In this document: positions 19,165 to 28,438 of the stretch, one piece after another | How the letters are laid out: each line of letters opens with the position of its first letter | Position numbering within the stretch: position 1 is the first letter of the stretch | IMG/VR virus record: IMGVR_UViG_3300036768_001294 | Coordinates: 1 to 61,944 of that record | Source of the DNA: a virus | Taxonomy: Duplodnaviria; Caudoviricetes | DNA: 61,944 bases | Strand: one strand, 5' to 3' | Notes under the pieces: model-generated | What the model saw: only the letters and a program-made list of their open reading frames with translations | What the model was told of the DNA's origin: nothing | Database searches by the model: none | Translations under genes and position numbers: made by a program

Positions 19165-20431
19165 GCATGTTTGTCTTGTGGTCATGACGAAAAATGAGTC
19201 TGAGAATGTTTTGGCAATGCTTAAGTCCTGTGAGGGTCTATATAGTGCCGTCGTCTGGGGCTTTGACGACAAGACCGAGGATAATACGAAGGAGTTGGTG
19301 TTAGAGTATTTCAAGGACAAAGATCATATTCAACAAGTTTTCTATGATTTCACCTGGAAGAATGACTTCAGCTATGCCAGAAATCTCTATTTGGATTTAG
19401 CTCTGCAAAAGTTTCCCAATAAGCCATGGCTACTCATTCTCGATGGTGATGATCTCTTATCTCCGGGAGATCCCGATAATGGCATCCCGGATAGTCGAGA
19501 GATTATCAAGGAGCTTACCAGCCTTCCCGTGGATCAAGTCAAGAGTAAGGCCATCAATTTTTACGTGTACCTTGATCCAGATCCATACGGTATTCCTACA
19601 CTCTTCTATCCAAGAGTGCACCTCGTGCGCAATCTCCCAGACGTGCGATTTCAGTTCGCAAGCCACAATGCTATCACCGTGAGTGGAGATGAACAGATCC
19701 TCGCCCGTGAGTGCATCGTCTTACATTCTCAGAAGCCCAAGAAGCGAGCAGAACGGGAAAAGCAACGCCTAGAGATGAACGTGCCCAATCTAAAAAAACA
19801 AGGTGATATTGAAGGGCAAGATGGTGCTAGAGGTCTCTTCTATCTCGGCAATACCTTGATGGATGGTGGCGACCATGAAGGAGCCGAGAAAGCCTATCTC
19901 GAATATCTGGAGAAATCCACTTGGTCAGATGAGCGTTACCAGACTCGATTGCATTTGGCGGGACTATATCTCCTGAAAAATAAGATCGATGAAGCCGAAA
20001 ATCAGGCGAGACTGGCGCTCAGTGAACAAAACCAGTGGTCAAGAGCTGAAGCCTATGTCGTGCTTTCTGATTGTGCACTTGCACGTGGCAATACGCTGGA
20101 ATGCATCCATTGGTTGCGCATCGCTGCCTCATGCATGCCTCAAGTCAATGGTCTTTTTCTCCAGGGACATCTTTTCACCTGGTTTCCCCATTGGCGCCTG
20201 GCCATGATTTTGGATAGGCTTGGTTTCTATGAAGAAGCGCTGCATCATGCAGAACAAGCCGCGCGATATCGGCCGTCACCCGAGATTGTTCAGGGCGTTG
20301 AGATACTTCGAAATTATATCGCCATGCTCAAGCAGCTCAATAAGAAAATTGCACAACTTCATGATGTTGAAACGTTCGTGCCACTCAATTGCATTAGTCA
20401 AAAGAAATTAGCAGAGCGACTGGGCCTATGA
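19154..20431 (+). CDS. GT2 glycosyltransferase with C-terminal TPR repeats (protein-glycosyltransferase-like architecture)
   Basis: MTKNE, WKNDFSYARN, LILDGDD (DxD), H after FASH; then helical repeats (FYLGNTL, RAEAY..L). Confidence 0.8.
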   Translation: MASEHVCLVVMTKNESENVLAMLKSCEGLYSAVVWGFDDKTEDNTKELVLEYFKDKDHIQQVFYDFTWKNDFSYARNLYLDLALQKFPNKPWLLILDGDDLLSPGDPDNGIPDSREIIKELTSLPVDQVKSKAINFYVYLDPDPYGIPTLFYPRVHLVRNLPDVRFQFASHNAITVSGDEQILARECIVLHSQKPKKRAEREKQRLEMNVPNLKKQGDIEGQDGARGLFYLGNTLMDGGDHEGAEKAYLEYLEKSTWSDERYQTRLHLAGLYLLKNKIDEAENQARLALSEQNQWSRAEAYVVLSDCALARGNTLECIHWLRIAASCMPQVNGLFLQGHLFTWFPHWRLAMILDRLGFYEEALHHAEQAARYRPSPEIVQGVEILRNYIAMLKQLNKKIAQLHDVETFVPLNCISQKKLAERLGL

Positions 20432-21681
20432 ATGTTACTGGGATATTAGAGAAAATTAAAAGCATTATTGCCGGTGTGACCGGAGTAGGAAAGGTATATA
20501 CATTTCGCAGATGGGTTCCTCAAGATAAAGATTTTCAAAGCGTGGTCGTTACAGGAAATCGGATCAATTTTTGGGATATCTATCGTTCCAGTGGTGAAGA
20601 GCGTTGGCCAAATGAATTTCAGTTTCAGAGATCCCACAACATTGTTGTGAGGGGATTTTTATCAGCAAAAGATGCCAGCGCCTCAGAACAAGAATTTCAG
20701 AATATCGTTGAGCGCGTGTCCAAACGGTTTCGTCTCAAGACAAATCGAACACTGAATGAAACAGTTGAATCATTAGGAAGTGGGGAACATCAAGGGCTCC
20801 AGATCTCATCTATCGATTACGGATCGATTCATGGTGCACTCTGTCATATGTTTCAGGGTCGAATTGTTGTCATTGAGAAACCGACCAATGTGCTTTCTGG
20901 GGCTACCGCCACTCAATTCAATGGTCCGCGCATTTTCTTCAAAAATGAAATCACTGATCCAAATCAATTAGCATCAATTTCCATTCGCCCAGGATTTCCG
21001 CTCTCATTCATGATTGATGAATCACCCAAGACTGTCTGGCGCTCAAAGGCCCTTGATACACCAGAGGCAAATGCTCCATATGTCCAGATTGATATCGATC
21101 TTGGAGCAAGCAAAGATATTCGTGCCTTTGCTGTAAAGAATCATAACTTTGGGGCTGGCACATATAGACTCTTCCATGGTATCACACAGATTGCTCTTGT
21201 TGAGATTACCAACTTGCTTAGCACAAAGACACCAGGACAGTGGGTAAGTTTCTTTCCAACCATCACAGCTCGCTACTGGCGGTTTGTTATGCAAGAGGCT
21301 CTTCAGCCGTCTGGATTCTTTCAAATTGGTGAACTGTGGCTTGGGAATGTTCTAGATTTCAGTAAGTGGCATGACGATAATTCGGAAAGCATCTTTTCAG
21401 ACAGACGACAACACGAGACTGACGGCGGCCAACGTTGGCGTTTAACAGGATTTCAGAGGCGTTCCAGAACATATTCATTTAGAAACATCGATCAAGATGG
21501 AGATTGGGCTATTTGGCAAAGGATTTTCAGTGATCGAGGTCGAGAGCATCCATTTTATTTTACGGTCAATCCCGCTGTGCCTTCTTCATCTTTTTTCTGC
21601 ACGATCAAAGAGGCACTAACTGAACGTAATGTGCAGACCAATAAAGTAAATCTTTCTATCACCCTTGATGAGGAGCTGTGA
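20428..21681 (+). CDS. Tail terminator-like N-terminal domain fused to a discoidin/distal-tail-like C-terminal domain
   Basis: N-terminal ~150 aa (GVGKVY, W.I.R, VRGF, SE.EF..IVE...RFR, GALCH) is Mu-like terminator-like; C-terminus has KTVWRS, IDLG, NHN, RYWR, IGELWLG, GR..PF.F. Confidence 0.5.
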   Translation: MNVTGILEKIKSIIAGVTGVGKVYTFRRWVPQDKDFQSVVVTGNRINFWDIYRSSGEERWPNEFQFQRSHNIVVRGFLSAKDASASEQEFQNIVERVSKRFRLKTNRTLNETVESLGSGEHQGLQISSIDYGSIHGALCHMFQGRIVVIEKPTNVLSGATATQFNGPRIFFKNEITDPNQLASISIRPGFPLSFMIDESPKTVWRSKALDTPEANAPYVQIDIDLGASKDIRAFAVKNHNFGAGTYRLFHGITQIALVEITNLLSTKTPGQWVSFFPTITARYWRFVMQEALQPSGFFQIGELWLGNVLDFSKWHDDNSESIFSDRRQHETDGGQRWRLTGFQRRSRTYSFRNIDQDGDWAIWQRIFSDRGREHPFYFTVNPAVPSSSFFCTIKEALTERNVQTNKVNLSITLDEEL

Positions 21682-21682
21682 T

Positions 21683-21922
21683 GTGGCTGAGTTTCCATTC
21701 AGACCGCCACTTCTTCCAACACCAACTCAAGTGTTAAGTCAGGCAACATCATCCATATTGAGCGCACAAGATGTTCTCAACTTGATCTTGAAACCGGAAT
21801 GGGTTGCAGCCAATCTTGTCCCAATTTTACTAGATCTCTCTCGTCGTATGATTATTATTTATGATTCCGGTGTTGATCGGTTAGCCAAAGGCAGCACCGA
21901 CGAATTGCCGTTTAGGACGTAA
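21683..21922 (+). CDS. Hypothetical protein
   Basis: RBS GAGGAG, GTG start. Confidence 0.5.
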   Translation: MAEFPFRPPLLPTPTQVLSQATSSILSAQDVLNLILKPEWVAANLVPILLDLSRRMIIIYDSGVDRLAKGSTDELPFRT

Positions 21923-21924
21923 TC

Positions 21925-24693
21925 GTGGGCTTCTTCGACGAAGTTAAAAATCCTAATCCTCATCGACTCGTCACTTTTGTGGACATTGATACCAGTGTCT
22001 CCAGGGTAACTGTAAACAGGTTTGAGACACCTTGGCGAGTTGTGGGCGCTGGTAGTGGCTATGGCAGCCCGCAAATCAGCATGGTCAGCACACCGCGGCT
22101 TGAGGGATTCTCTGCCATGCGCGTAAAGGTGCGCACTGGCGATCCGCTCTCGGTGATTTCCGATGATTTTCAGCCAACGATTAATCTGGCAAATACGGAG
22201 ACTATCCGGCTTTTCGTGCGCTGCGATAAGACTGGTTTGCCGATGCGATTGGGGATTGGAGAAGCCAGCGCTGGTGAAAATTTACTTGACATAGCGGCCG
22301 TGGCAACCGTTAACGCTTATGTAGAGCGAGAGATTAGCATTAGTCACATTCTGACGAATGACCGAGATGCCATCTCTCGCATCCAGCTAGAGATCTATGG
22401 AAAGCCCAGTGCTGGCAAGGGCACAGCATTCTTCTTTTTCGATAAATGTTTTGCCGTCTCAAAGAGTCATTTCGCCAATCATTTCCAAATCCGGACTGAG
22501 CAGCTAATTCCCGATCTCATGATTGAAACAGAGCATGCCAGCTCATTTGGGCATTTGATGGATGATTCTTATATTATGGATCAGACATCATTGATGGAAA
22601 TTGGCGGGGCAGATCTTGAAGTCAGTTCGCCGGTCAATATCTCAAATTTTAATTATTTGTTCTTACAAGTTCGGAGCAGTGTTGCTCCTCAAAATGTCAC
22701 ATTCAGTTTTGGTCAGGTTGATCCATTTGCTAATAAATTTGTACTCCCGGTTGCTACTGCTAATACCTGGCTGGACAAGAAAATCACAATTGTTAACGTC
22801 CCCAAAATAGATCGGCTAGCCGTTAAGTTTTTTTCTATTAAACCAAATGGTGACTTTGATGCTGATTTCAGATTGTTACGCGCAGGATTTTATGCGATTC
22901 CAAATCCAATTCCACAACAACGAGTGTTTCTAGAAAAGCTTCTTGACGTTGATCCGATTGTGCAGAAATTGAGCCCCATTCAGTCAAAAATCCATGTCGC
23001 TTATACACAGGCCAGATTTGATAATTCAGACGGCAGTTTCTATACCTTGCGTGATGCCGGTGAGGTATTGAACAGGCGCATTAGATTTTTCACTAATTTC
23101 GAGCATTTGCCAGTTAGCGAAGACCAGACGTTATTTCAGGGCTGGATTAATGATGAGAGCATAGATGATCTGAATTATAGGATTCAAGTTCAAGATGCCC
23201 TGTCAATTGGCATGTTTGATCTTCCAGCAAATACGACTTCTCTTCCAACTTCTTATTTCCAGAAAGCATTTTCCAGACCAGTACCCATTGTATTTGGCCG
23301 AGCACGAAGATATTTCCCAGCCCCCATTGGTGCCATCAATAGAGTTACAGTGACTATTGGCGCAACCCAATACACAGCTGGACAAATGCGCTGGTACATC
23401 AATGATCCGGCATATGGGAAAGCAGGCGGAATTTCAACTCTCTACTATCGAGGCTTACCGGTTCCTTCAGTTGCATCATTCGTCGTTGGCATTTGGGGCC
23501 CTGGAATCCAACAGCAGTCAACTGTGACTGGACGTAATTGGTCATATGATCCGGCTTCTAATCTCTTAATCACGTGGGGTGTGCCATCAAGGCCAGAGAT
23601 GATCAGCATTGATGCTCGGGGTTATAAAGATGATCCAGTGGGAACGTACACTGGCACGCCAAGTGCACTCATAGAGAATCCATCCGATGTGTACCGCTTC
23701 ACACTTCTCAAAATCCTGGGCATTGATCCAGCCATGATCGATTTTCAATCGCTAGACCAGGCTAGAACACTACTTCAGGGATATCGCGTAGCCAGAGCTA
23801 TCGTTCAGAGGCAAAATGCCTTACATCTCCTTGGGGGGAGTTTTAGTCGAGATGGTCTAGCACAGAATATGATGCTATACTTCTTTCAATCCAATACATC
23901 CGGTAAGATCAGGGTCTTGGGAGCTCAAACGCCCACGGCTATTACCATCTCAAATCGTTATTACAGCACCGGGAAAGACTCAAAAATCATTCGTGGGACT
24001 TACAAGAAAAGACCACAGCTTGATAGAATCATTACAAGGATTGAAATAGACTATGATTATGCAATGGCTTCGGGAACATATGCCGGGGGTGTTCAGATTG
24101 TCAATCCAGAAGCAGAAACCCTGTTAAAACTACAAAGGCCACAAGTTTACAAAATTATTGGCCGATGGATTCCGGGAGATGTGACGTGTTTGCATATTAC
24201 ATACCAAGGAGCAGCACAAGCCACGATGTCAATCATTGGAGAGGGAACATCCCCGAGTTATTTGATCAGGGTGACAAGCGGTAACCCTAATGAATCGTTT
24301 GAGCTGAATCTTGAGGGTGCTACGGCGCAAACCTTGACGAAGTTAAAAGCTGCCATCAATTCTAAGGCAAACTTTGTCGCAACCCTGAATCCATCAATTG
24401 TCTCAACCATGGATTCACGTGGTCTGCGGGATATTAAAAATGTATCATTAGCCACAGCAAAGCATATTAAATATAGTTATGCCAAGAGTATTGCAGCCAA
24501 GTACTTGGATGAATATTCTGGCAGCCGCGATATGATCTCATGGCGTTCGCCTTGGATTGGATATGGTCAAGAGCTTGGAACATTTGTTCGAGTTCGATCA
24601 TTAGCCGAGCCAACCTCTCGGATTGCAAGAATCTTTCAGACTCGATTAGATCCTCTAGCGGGAACAGTCGATTTTGAAGCCGAGGCAATTTAA
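21925..24693 (+). CDS. Large tail-tip / baseplate hub protein with N-terminal carbohydrate-binding-like inserts
   Basis: 922 aa; FDNSDG.F, LFQGWI, PVPIVFG, IENPSDV motifs typical of tail-tip proteins; two similar N-terminal segments (INLAN/VNISN ... VATVN/VATAN). Confidence 0.6.
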   Translation: MGFFDEVKNPNPHRLVTFVDIDTSVSRVTVNRFETPWRVVGAGSGYGSPQISMVSTPRLEGFSAMRVKVRTGDPLSVISDDFQPTINLANTETIRLFVRCDKTGLPMRLGIGEASAGENLLDIAAVATVNAYVEREISISHILTNDRDAISRIQLEIYGKPSAGKGTAFFFFDKCFAVSKSHFANHFQIRTEQLIPDLMIETEHASSFGHLMDDSYIMDQTSLMEIGGADLEVSSPVNISNFNYLFLQVRSSVAPQNVTFSFGQVDPFANKFVLPVATANTWLDKKITIVNVPKIDRLAVKFFSIKPNGDFDADFRLLRAGFYAIPNPIPQQRVFLEKLLDVDPIVQKLSPIQSKIHVAYTQARFDNSDGSFYTLRDAGEVLNRRIRFFTNFEHLPVSEDQTLFQGWINDESIDDLNYRIQVQDALSIGMFDLPANTTSLPTSYFQKAFSRPVPIVFGRARRYFPAPIGAINRVTVTIGATQYTAGQMRWYINDPAYGKAGGISTLYYRGLPVPSVASFVVGIWGPGIQQQSTVTGRNWSYDPASNLLITWGVPSRPEMISIDARGYKDDPVGTYTGTPSALIENPSDVYRFTLLKILGIDPAMIDFQSLDQARTLLQGYRVARAIVQRQNALHLLGGSFSRDGLAQNMMLYFFQSNTSGKIRVLGAQTPTAITISNRYYSTGKDSKIIRGTYKKRPQLDRIITRIEIDYDYAMASGTYAGGVQIVNPEAETLLKLQRPQVYKIIGRWIPGDVTCLHITYQGAAQATMSIIGEGTSPSYLIRVTSGNPNESFELNLEGATAQTLTKLKAAINSKANFVATLNPSIVSTMDSRGLRDIKNVSLATAKHIKYSYAKSIAAKYLDEYSGSRDMISWRSPWIGYGQELGTFVRVRSLAEPTSRIARIFQTRLDPLAGTVDFEAEAI

Positions 24694-25143
24694 ATGCCTT
24701 TCTTTATCAAAACAGATCGATGTGGATTTGATCTACATAACCAGCAGGATCTTGAGCCATTTATCCGGCTTCCATTATTTCGCAATACCAGCGGAATATT
24801 TACAGGATTGAGCCCATCATCACAGGGATTGAAAGTTCTGACATCACCGGGAAAAGCACTCATTGGCCTTAAGCTGTATTCTCTGGGAGCAATGAGCTTG
24901 ACAGTTCCGCAAGGATTCTCATTCATTATTGCCGTCCCTAGCGGGCTGCAAGCGGTAACAGGAATCAATTTCCCTTCTGCATTTGTAGCAGTTGCTAGCG
25001 TCAAGGCCATTGGTCCCGTTATTACCTATTTAAGGGATCTGCGGTATCGCATTGGAGATTACTGGTTACTTTCGCAAAGTGGCAAAGTTTGGCGACTTAC
25101 AGCAAGTTCGGCTGGTAGCTTTGGAGCCACATCCACGCCATGA
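24694..25143 (+). CDS. Baseplate/fibre adaptor-like protein, paralog 1 of 3
   Basis: C..HNQQ, SGIFTGL.P, G.ALI, LRDLR.R.G shared with next two ORFs. Confidence 0.6.
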   Translation: MPFFIKTDRCGFDLHNQQDLEPFIRLPLFRNTSGIFTGLSPSSQGLKVLTSPGKALIGLKLYSLGAMSLTVPQGFSFIIAVPSGLQAVTGINFPSAFVAVASVKAIGPVITYLRDLRYRIGDYWLLSQSGKVWRLTASSAGSFGATSTP

Positions 25144-26045
25144 ATCTATTTTGGATATTTAATACCGCATTGCGGTGCCTATTTACGAGGCACAACCAGC
25201 AGGCTCAAGAAGTGGAGGCAAGATTTCCTGACTTCACAAATAGAAGTGGAGTATTTGAAGGCTTCCAGCCTCTGGTACAAGGGAATCTTCAAATCAGTTT
25301 TTCAAATGGAATAGCTCTTATTGATGGGAAAAAGGTTGAGCAAAATAGTGCAGCTTTAGTGACTGCTGCTAATAATACATTCTCGTTCTTTGCATTGAGG
25401 CCAAATGGAGCCATTACGCGCGCAACATCACTGAGTTCCATCCCCCAGCCTCATGCCATTCTTGCCGTGGCTCAAGCTTCTGGAAATGCCATTATTGCAT
25501 TACGGGATCTGCGAATTCGGCTGGGATCATATTTTCTCATGCAAGGTTATATTCCCAGCGGAGCTGTAGTTGGCAGTGGGGGAGCACCTCCTGGCGGTGG
25601 TGGCACTGGAGGCGGCGGAGGAGGTGGCGGAGGAGGAGGCGGCGGCGGAGGTAGCGGAGGGGGTGGCGGAGCCGGACCCACTGGAAGCCAGACTCCCACA
25701 GCGGGCAAGGAGATTATTATCACAGATCCTGGTACAGTAGTTCCTGGGCCAGCCCCCATTATACCGGGACCTGGAGCGCCAACGTCTGGTATTGGTAAAG
25801 TACCGACAGGAGCTACAGTTAGAGCATTGGGTTTCTCCAATTTTTCGACGCTGTTTTTTACAAGAAAAGTATTATCCACAGGTCTAATTCCAGTAATAGG
25901 CGGAGTTTTTGAATTAAAGGTTAAATCTCTCTTGGAGATGTCACCACAGCAAATGAACGCAAAGACTAATCAGATTTCTTCCAAGGGAGCCAATATTCTC
26001 TTTGCCGATGAGCTAGAAATGTCCTTTGGTGGAGCGACAGCATGA
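25140..26045 (+). CDS. Adaptor-like paralog 2 with poly-Gly/Pro linker and C-terminal extension
   Basis: Same N-terminal domain (HNQQ, SGVFEG, LRDLRIRLG), then a long Gly run and PGP repeats. Confidence 0.6.
   Translation: MNLFWIFNTALRCLFTRHNQQAQEVEARFPDFTNRSGVFEGFQPLVQGNLQISFSNGIALIDGKKVEQNSAALVTAANNTFSFFALRPNGAITRATSLSSIPQPHAILAVAQASGNAIIALRDLRIRLGSYFLMQGYIPSGAVVGSGGAPPGGGGTGGGGGGGGGGGGGGGSGGGGGAGPTGSQTPTAGKEIIITDPGTVVPGPAPIIPGPGAPTSGIGKVPTGATVRALGFSNFSTLFFTRKVLSTGLIPVIGGVFELKVKSLLEMSPQQMNAKTNQISSKGANILFADELEMSFGGATA
25593..25670 (+). repeat. GGN codon run encoding a poly-glycine linker
   Basis: GGC/GGT/GGA repeats with mixed synonymous codons. Confidence 0.85.
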
Positions 26046-26494
26046 TTCGGCTAATTTCTGGTGAGAAGTGTTTTGCTCCACGGCACAATGCTCAAGCATT
26101 CAGTGCAGCTGGGCGGCGCTATCCATTTTCTGTTGAAGAATGCGGTGTTTTGACCGGGCTTAATCCAACAGCAGTTAGTTTGACAGCGGTGAGGATTTCT
26201 ACTGGCGCAGCAGCCGTGAATGGCGTGTTGAGAACATTTGGAGCAACGATACGTTCAGTCACGACTGGAAGACTCAATTTTATTTACGCGACGACGGGAA
26301 TCAGAGTTGCTACAACCATCTCAACTATTCCAGATGCTATAGCCTTGTTGGCAGTAGTAAAACGTACAGCTACTGGTCTCACACTTCGAGATTTACGCCC
26401 CCGTGCCGGATTCATCGTGCTACTAAGTCCAGGTGGCGCGACTGCTTGGAGATTGGCAGTTAGTTCTGGTCAATTTTTACTTTATAAACTTTAA
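26042..26494 (+). CDS. Adaptor-like paralog 3
   Basis: HNAQ, GVLTGLNP, LRDLRPRAG; C-terminal LLS.GG..WRL shared with paralog 1. Confidence 0.6.
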   Translation: MIRLISGEKCFAPRHNAQAFSAAGRRYPFSVEECGVLTGLNPTAVSLTAVRISTGAAAVNGVLRTFGATIRSVTTGRLNFIYATTGIRVATTISTIPDAIALLAVVKRTATGLTLRDLRPRAGFIVLLSPGGATAWRLAVSSGQFLLYKL

Positions 26495-26503
26495 GAGGAT
26501 TTC

Positions 26504-27475
26504 ATGGGAGTTACAATATATCGTAGTACTGATGTTTCAGCTCCAGTTCTTAGTGGAACAACGGGAACGCTCATTGCGGTCCTTGATGCCTGTTTAGTCA
26601 ATGGTTATGGCTCTAAGCCAGCTGCTGGCTGGACAAAAGCATTCAGTGGCACCAACTTAGCCGCTTATAAAATGGGAGGCTCTATTGGCCATTATCTCCG
26701 CGTGGATGATAGCGGCCCTGGGGCTGGCGGTCCCATAGAAGCCAGAGTCCGTGGCTTTGTGACAATGAGCGATGTGAATACGGGAACGGGACCGTTTCCA
26801 ACAGTGTCACAGAAAACAAATGGCTTATTTGTCCGCAAATCAGCGACCTCGGATAGCACGCCTCGACCTTGGCTTGTTGTTGCCGATAATAAAACTTTTT
26901 ATATGTGGGTCCTCACTGGCGATGCTACAGATCGACAATATGGATGGAGTTTTGGCGAGTTTTTTTCACTAGTTCCAACAGATCCTATGAGATCCATCAT
27001 TATTGCCAGGGACACTGAAAATTCATCAACTCTGTCGTCTACCGTTGATGGTCTAGGTTTTGGAGTATTTGGTTTGGGCTCATTAGATTCGAATATTGTC
27101 GGATCGTATGTGGCTGGGACAGTCAATGGTGATGTGAGTAGCACAGCCTATGCAAGATTGGGTGATGCAGGTCTTATTACATCCCCCTCAGTAAGCGGTG
27201 GTGCATATACTGGGAGCATTCAATTTCCCAATGCTGTTAACGGACTTCTTTATGTTTCCCCAATTCGACTCAAACTTGGATCATCCAATTCCCAAATTAG
27301 GGGGCGCCTCAGAGGATTATGGCATTGGGGACATCCATTCGCCAATGCTGTAAATAACATGCAATTTGCTGGAATAGAAACACTTGCCGGGCGACAATTC
27401 ATGATTGTCAAGGGTGATTCTTCGTCTGTCACGCTTTGGGTTGTAGAGATTTCAAATACTTGGGATACTAATTAG
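26504..27475 (+). CDS. Tail/receptor-binding-type virion protein, paralog 1 of 4
   Basis: YRSTD.SAP.L.G, LDACLVNGYG, GWTKAFSGTN, YLRVDD, PFPT, RGRLRGLW, EISNTW. Confidence 0.75.
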   Translation: MGVTIYRSTDVSAPVLSGTTGTLIAVLDACLVNGYGSKPAAGWTKAFSGTNLAAYKMGGSIGHYLRVDDSGPGAGGPIEARVRGFVTMSDVNTGTGPFPTVSQKTNGLFVRKSATSDSTPRPWLVVADNKTFYMWVLTGDATDRQYGWSFGEFFSLVPTDPMRSIIIARDTENSSTLSSTVDGLGFGVFGLGSLDSNIVGSYVAGTVNGDVSSTAYARLGDAGLITSPSVSGGAYTGSIQFPNAVNGLLYVSPIRLKLGSSNSQIRGRLRGLWHWGHPFANAVNNMQFAGIETLAGRQFMIVKGDSSSVTLWVVEISNTWDTN

Positions 27476-27487
27476 GGAAGAAAGCCA

Positions 27488-28438
27488 ATGACCGTTAGAT
27501 TATATCGTAGCTCAGATGTTGGTGCTCCGGCCTTGACGGGACAGGTCAATTCACTGATCAATGTCCTGAGCGCTTGCTTAGTGGATGGCTATGGAGCTCA
27601 GGCCCCTGCATTATGGACCAAAGATTTTACGGGTGTAAACAAAGCCGTGTTTAGGGCAGGGGCTGGGCCAAAGCACTATATTCGCATCGATGATAGCGGT
27701 CCTGGGATAAATGGTGCTGCTGAAGCAAGGGTTCGAGCTTTTGAATCGATGACCGACGTGGACACAGGAACATTTCCATACCCAACAACGTCTCAGCGTG
27801 CGAATGGGATTTTTATTCGCAAGTCAGCAACTGCTGATGCAACGGTCAGACAGTGGATCGTCCTTGCTGATGAACACACCATGTATATGTTCGTATCAAC
27901 TGGAGGAACAATTGATTGGGTTGGTTGGTCATTTGGGGAATTTTTCTCATTTTCATCAATTGATGCGCAGTGGAGATCTGTCCTAATCGCCATCAATGCT
28001 GAAGGCAGTAATGCTGCTTCAGATTTCTCGCTCAGTCGAAATTTTACTCCTGGTGCTGGGGCTTCAGATGCAGCAATATATATAGCGCGCTCTGAAGATG
28101 GTACTGTGAATAGCATACAAGGGTCAATCTACGGAGATAGATCTCTTTCAAGCATAGTAACGAATAATGCTACGAATGCTGGTATCTTGGCGGCTCCGAA
28201 TCCTGTGGATGGTGGTTTTTATGTGTCAAGGATGACGCTAGCATATCTTACCTCTCCCGTCATACGAGGAATGCTGCGAGGATTTCATCACTGGGGACAT
28301 CCAAGAGGAGCGGTGGGTAATGCCGTCATTAATGGGTCCGGAAATTTTGCCGGGAAACAATTGCAGTTGATAGATGCTGGAATCGGACTTAATGCATCAT
28401 ATCTTCTAGAGATTTCTAATACCTGGGAATTGAATTGA
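27488..28438 (+). CDS. Tail virion protein, paralog 2 of 4
   Basis: Same conserved N- and C-terminal motifs, divergent middle. Confidence 0.75.
   Translation: MTVRLYRSSDVGAPALTGQVNSLINVLSACLVDGYGAQAPALWTKDFTGVNKAVFRAGAGPKHYIRIDDSGPGINGAAEARVRAFESMTDVDTGTFPYPTTSQRANGIFIRKSATADATVRQWIVLADEHTMYMFVSTGGTIDWVGWSFGEFFSFSSIDAQWRSVLIAINAEGSNAASDFSLSRNFTPGAGASDAAIYIARSEDGTVNSIQGSIYGDRSLSSIVTNNATNAGILAAPNPVDGGFYVSRMTLAYLTSPVIRGMLRGFHHWGHPRGAVGNAVINGSGNFAGKQLQLIDAGIGLNASYLLEISNTWELN

Noticed and set aside
25547-25879. Minus-strand poly-proline ORF
   Set aside because: Shadow of the poly-Gly codons on the plus strand
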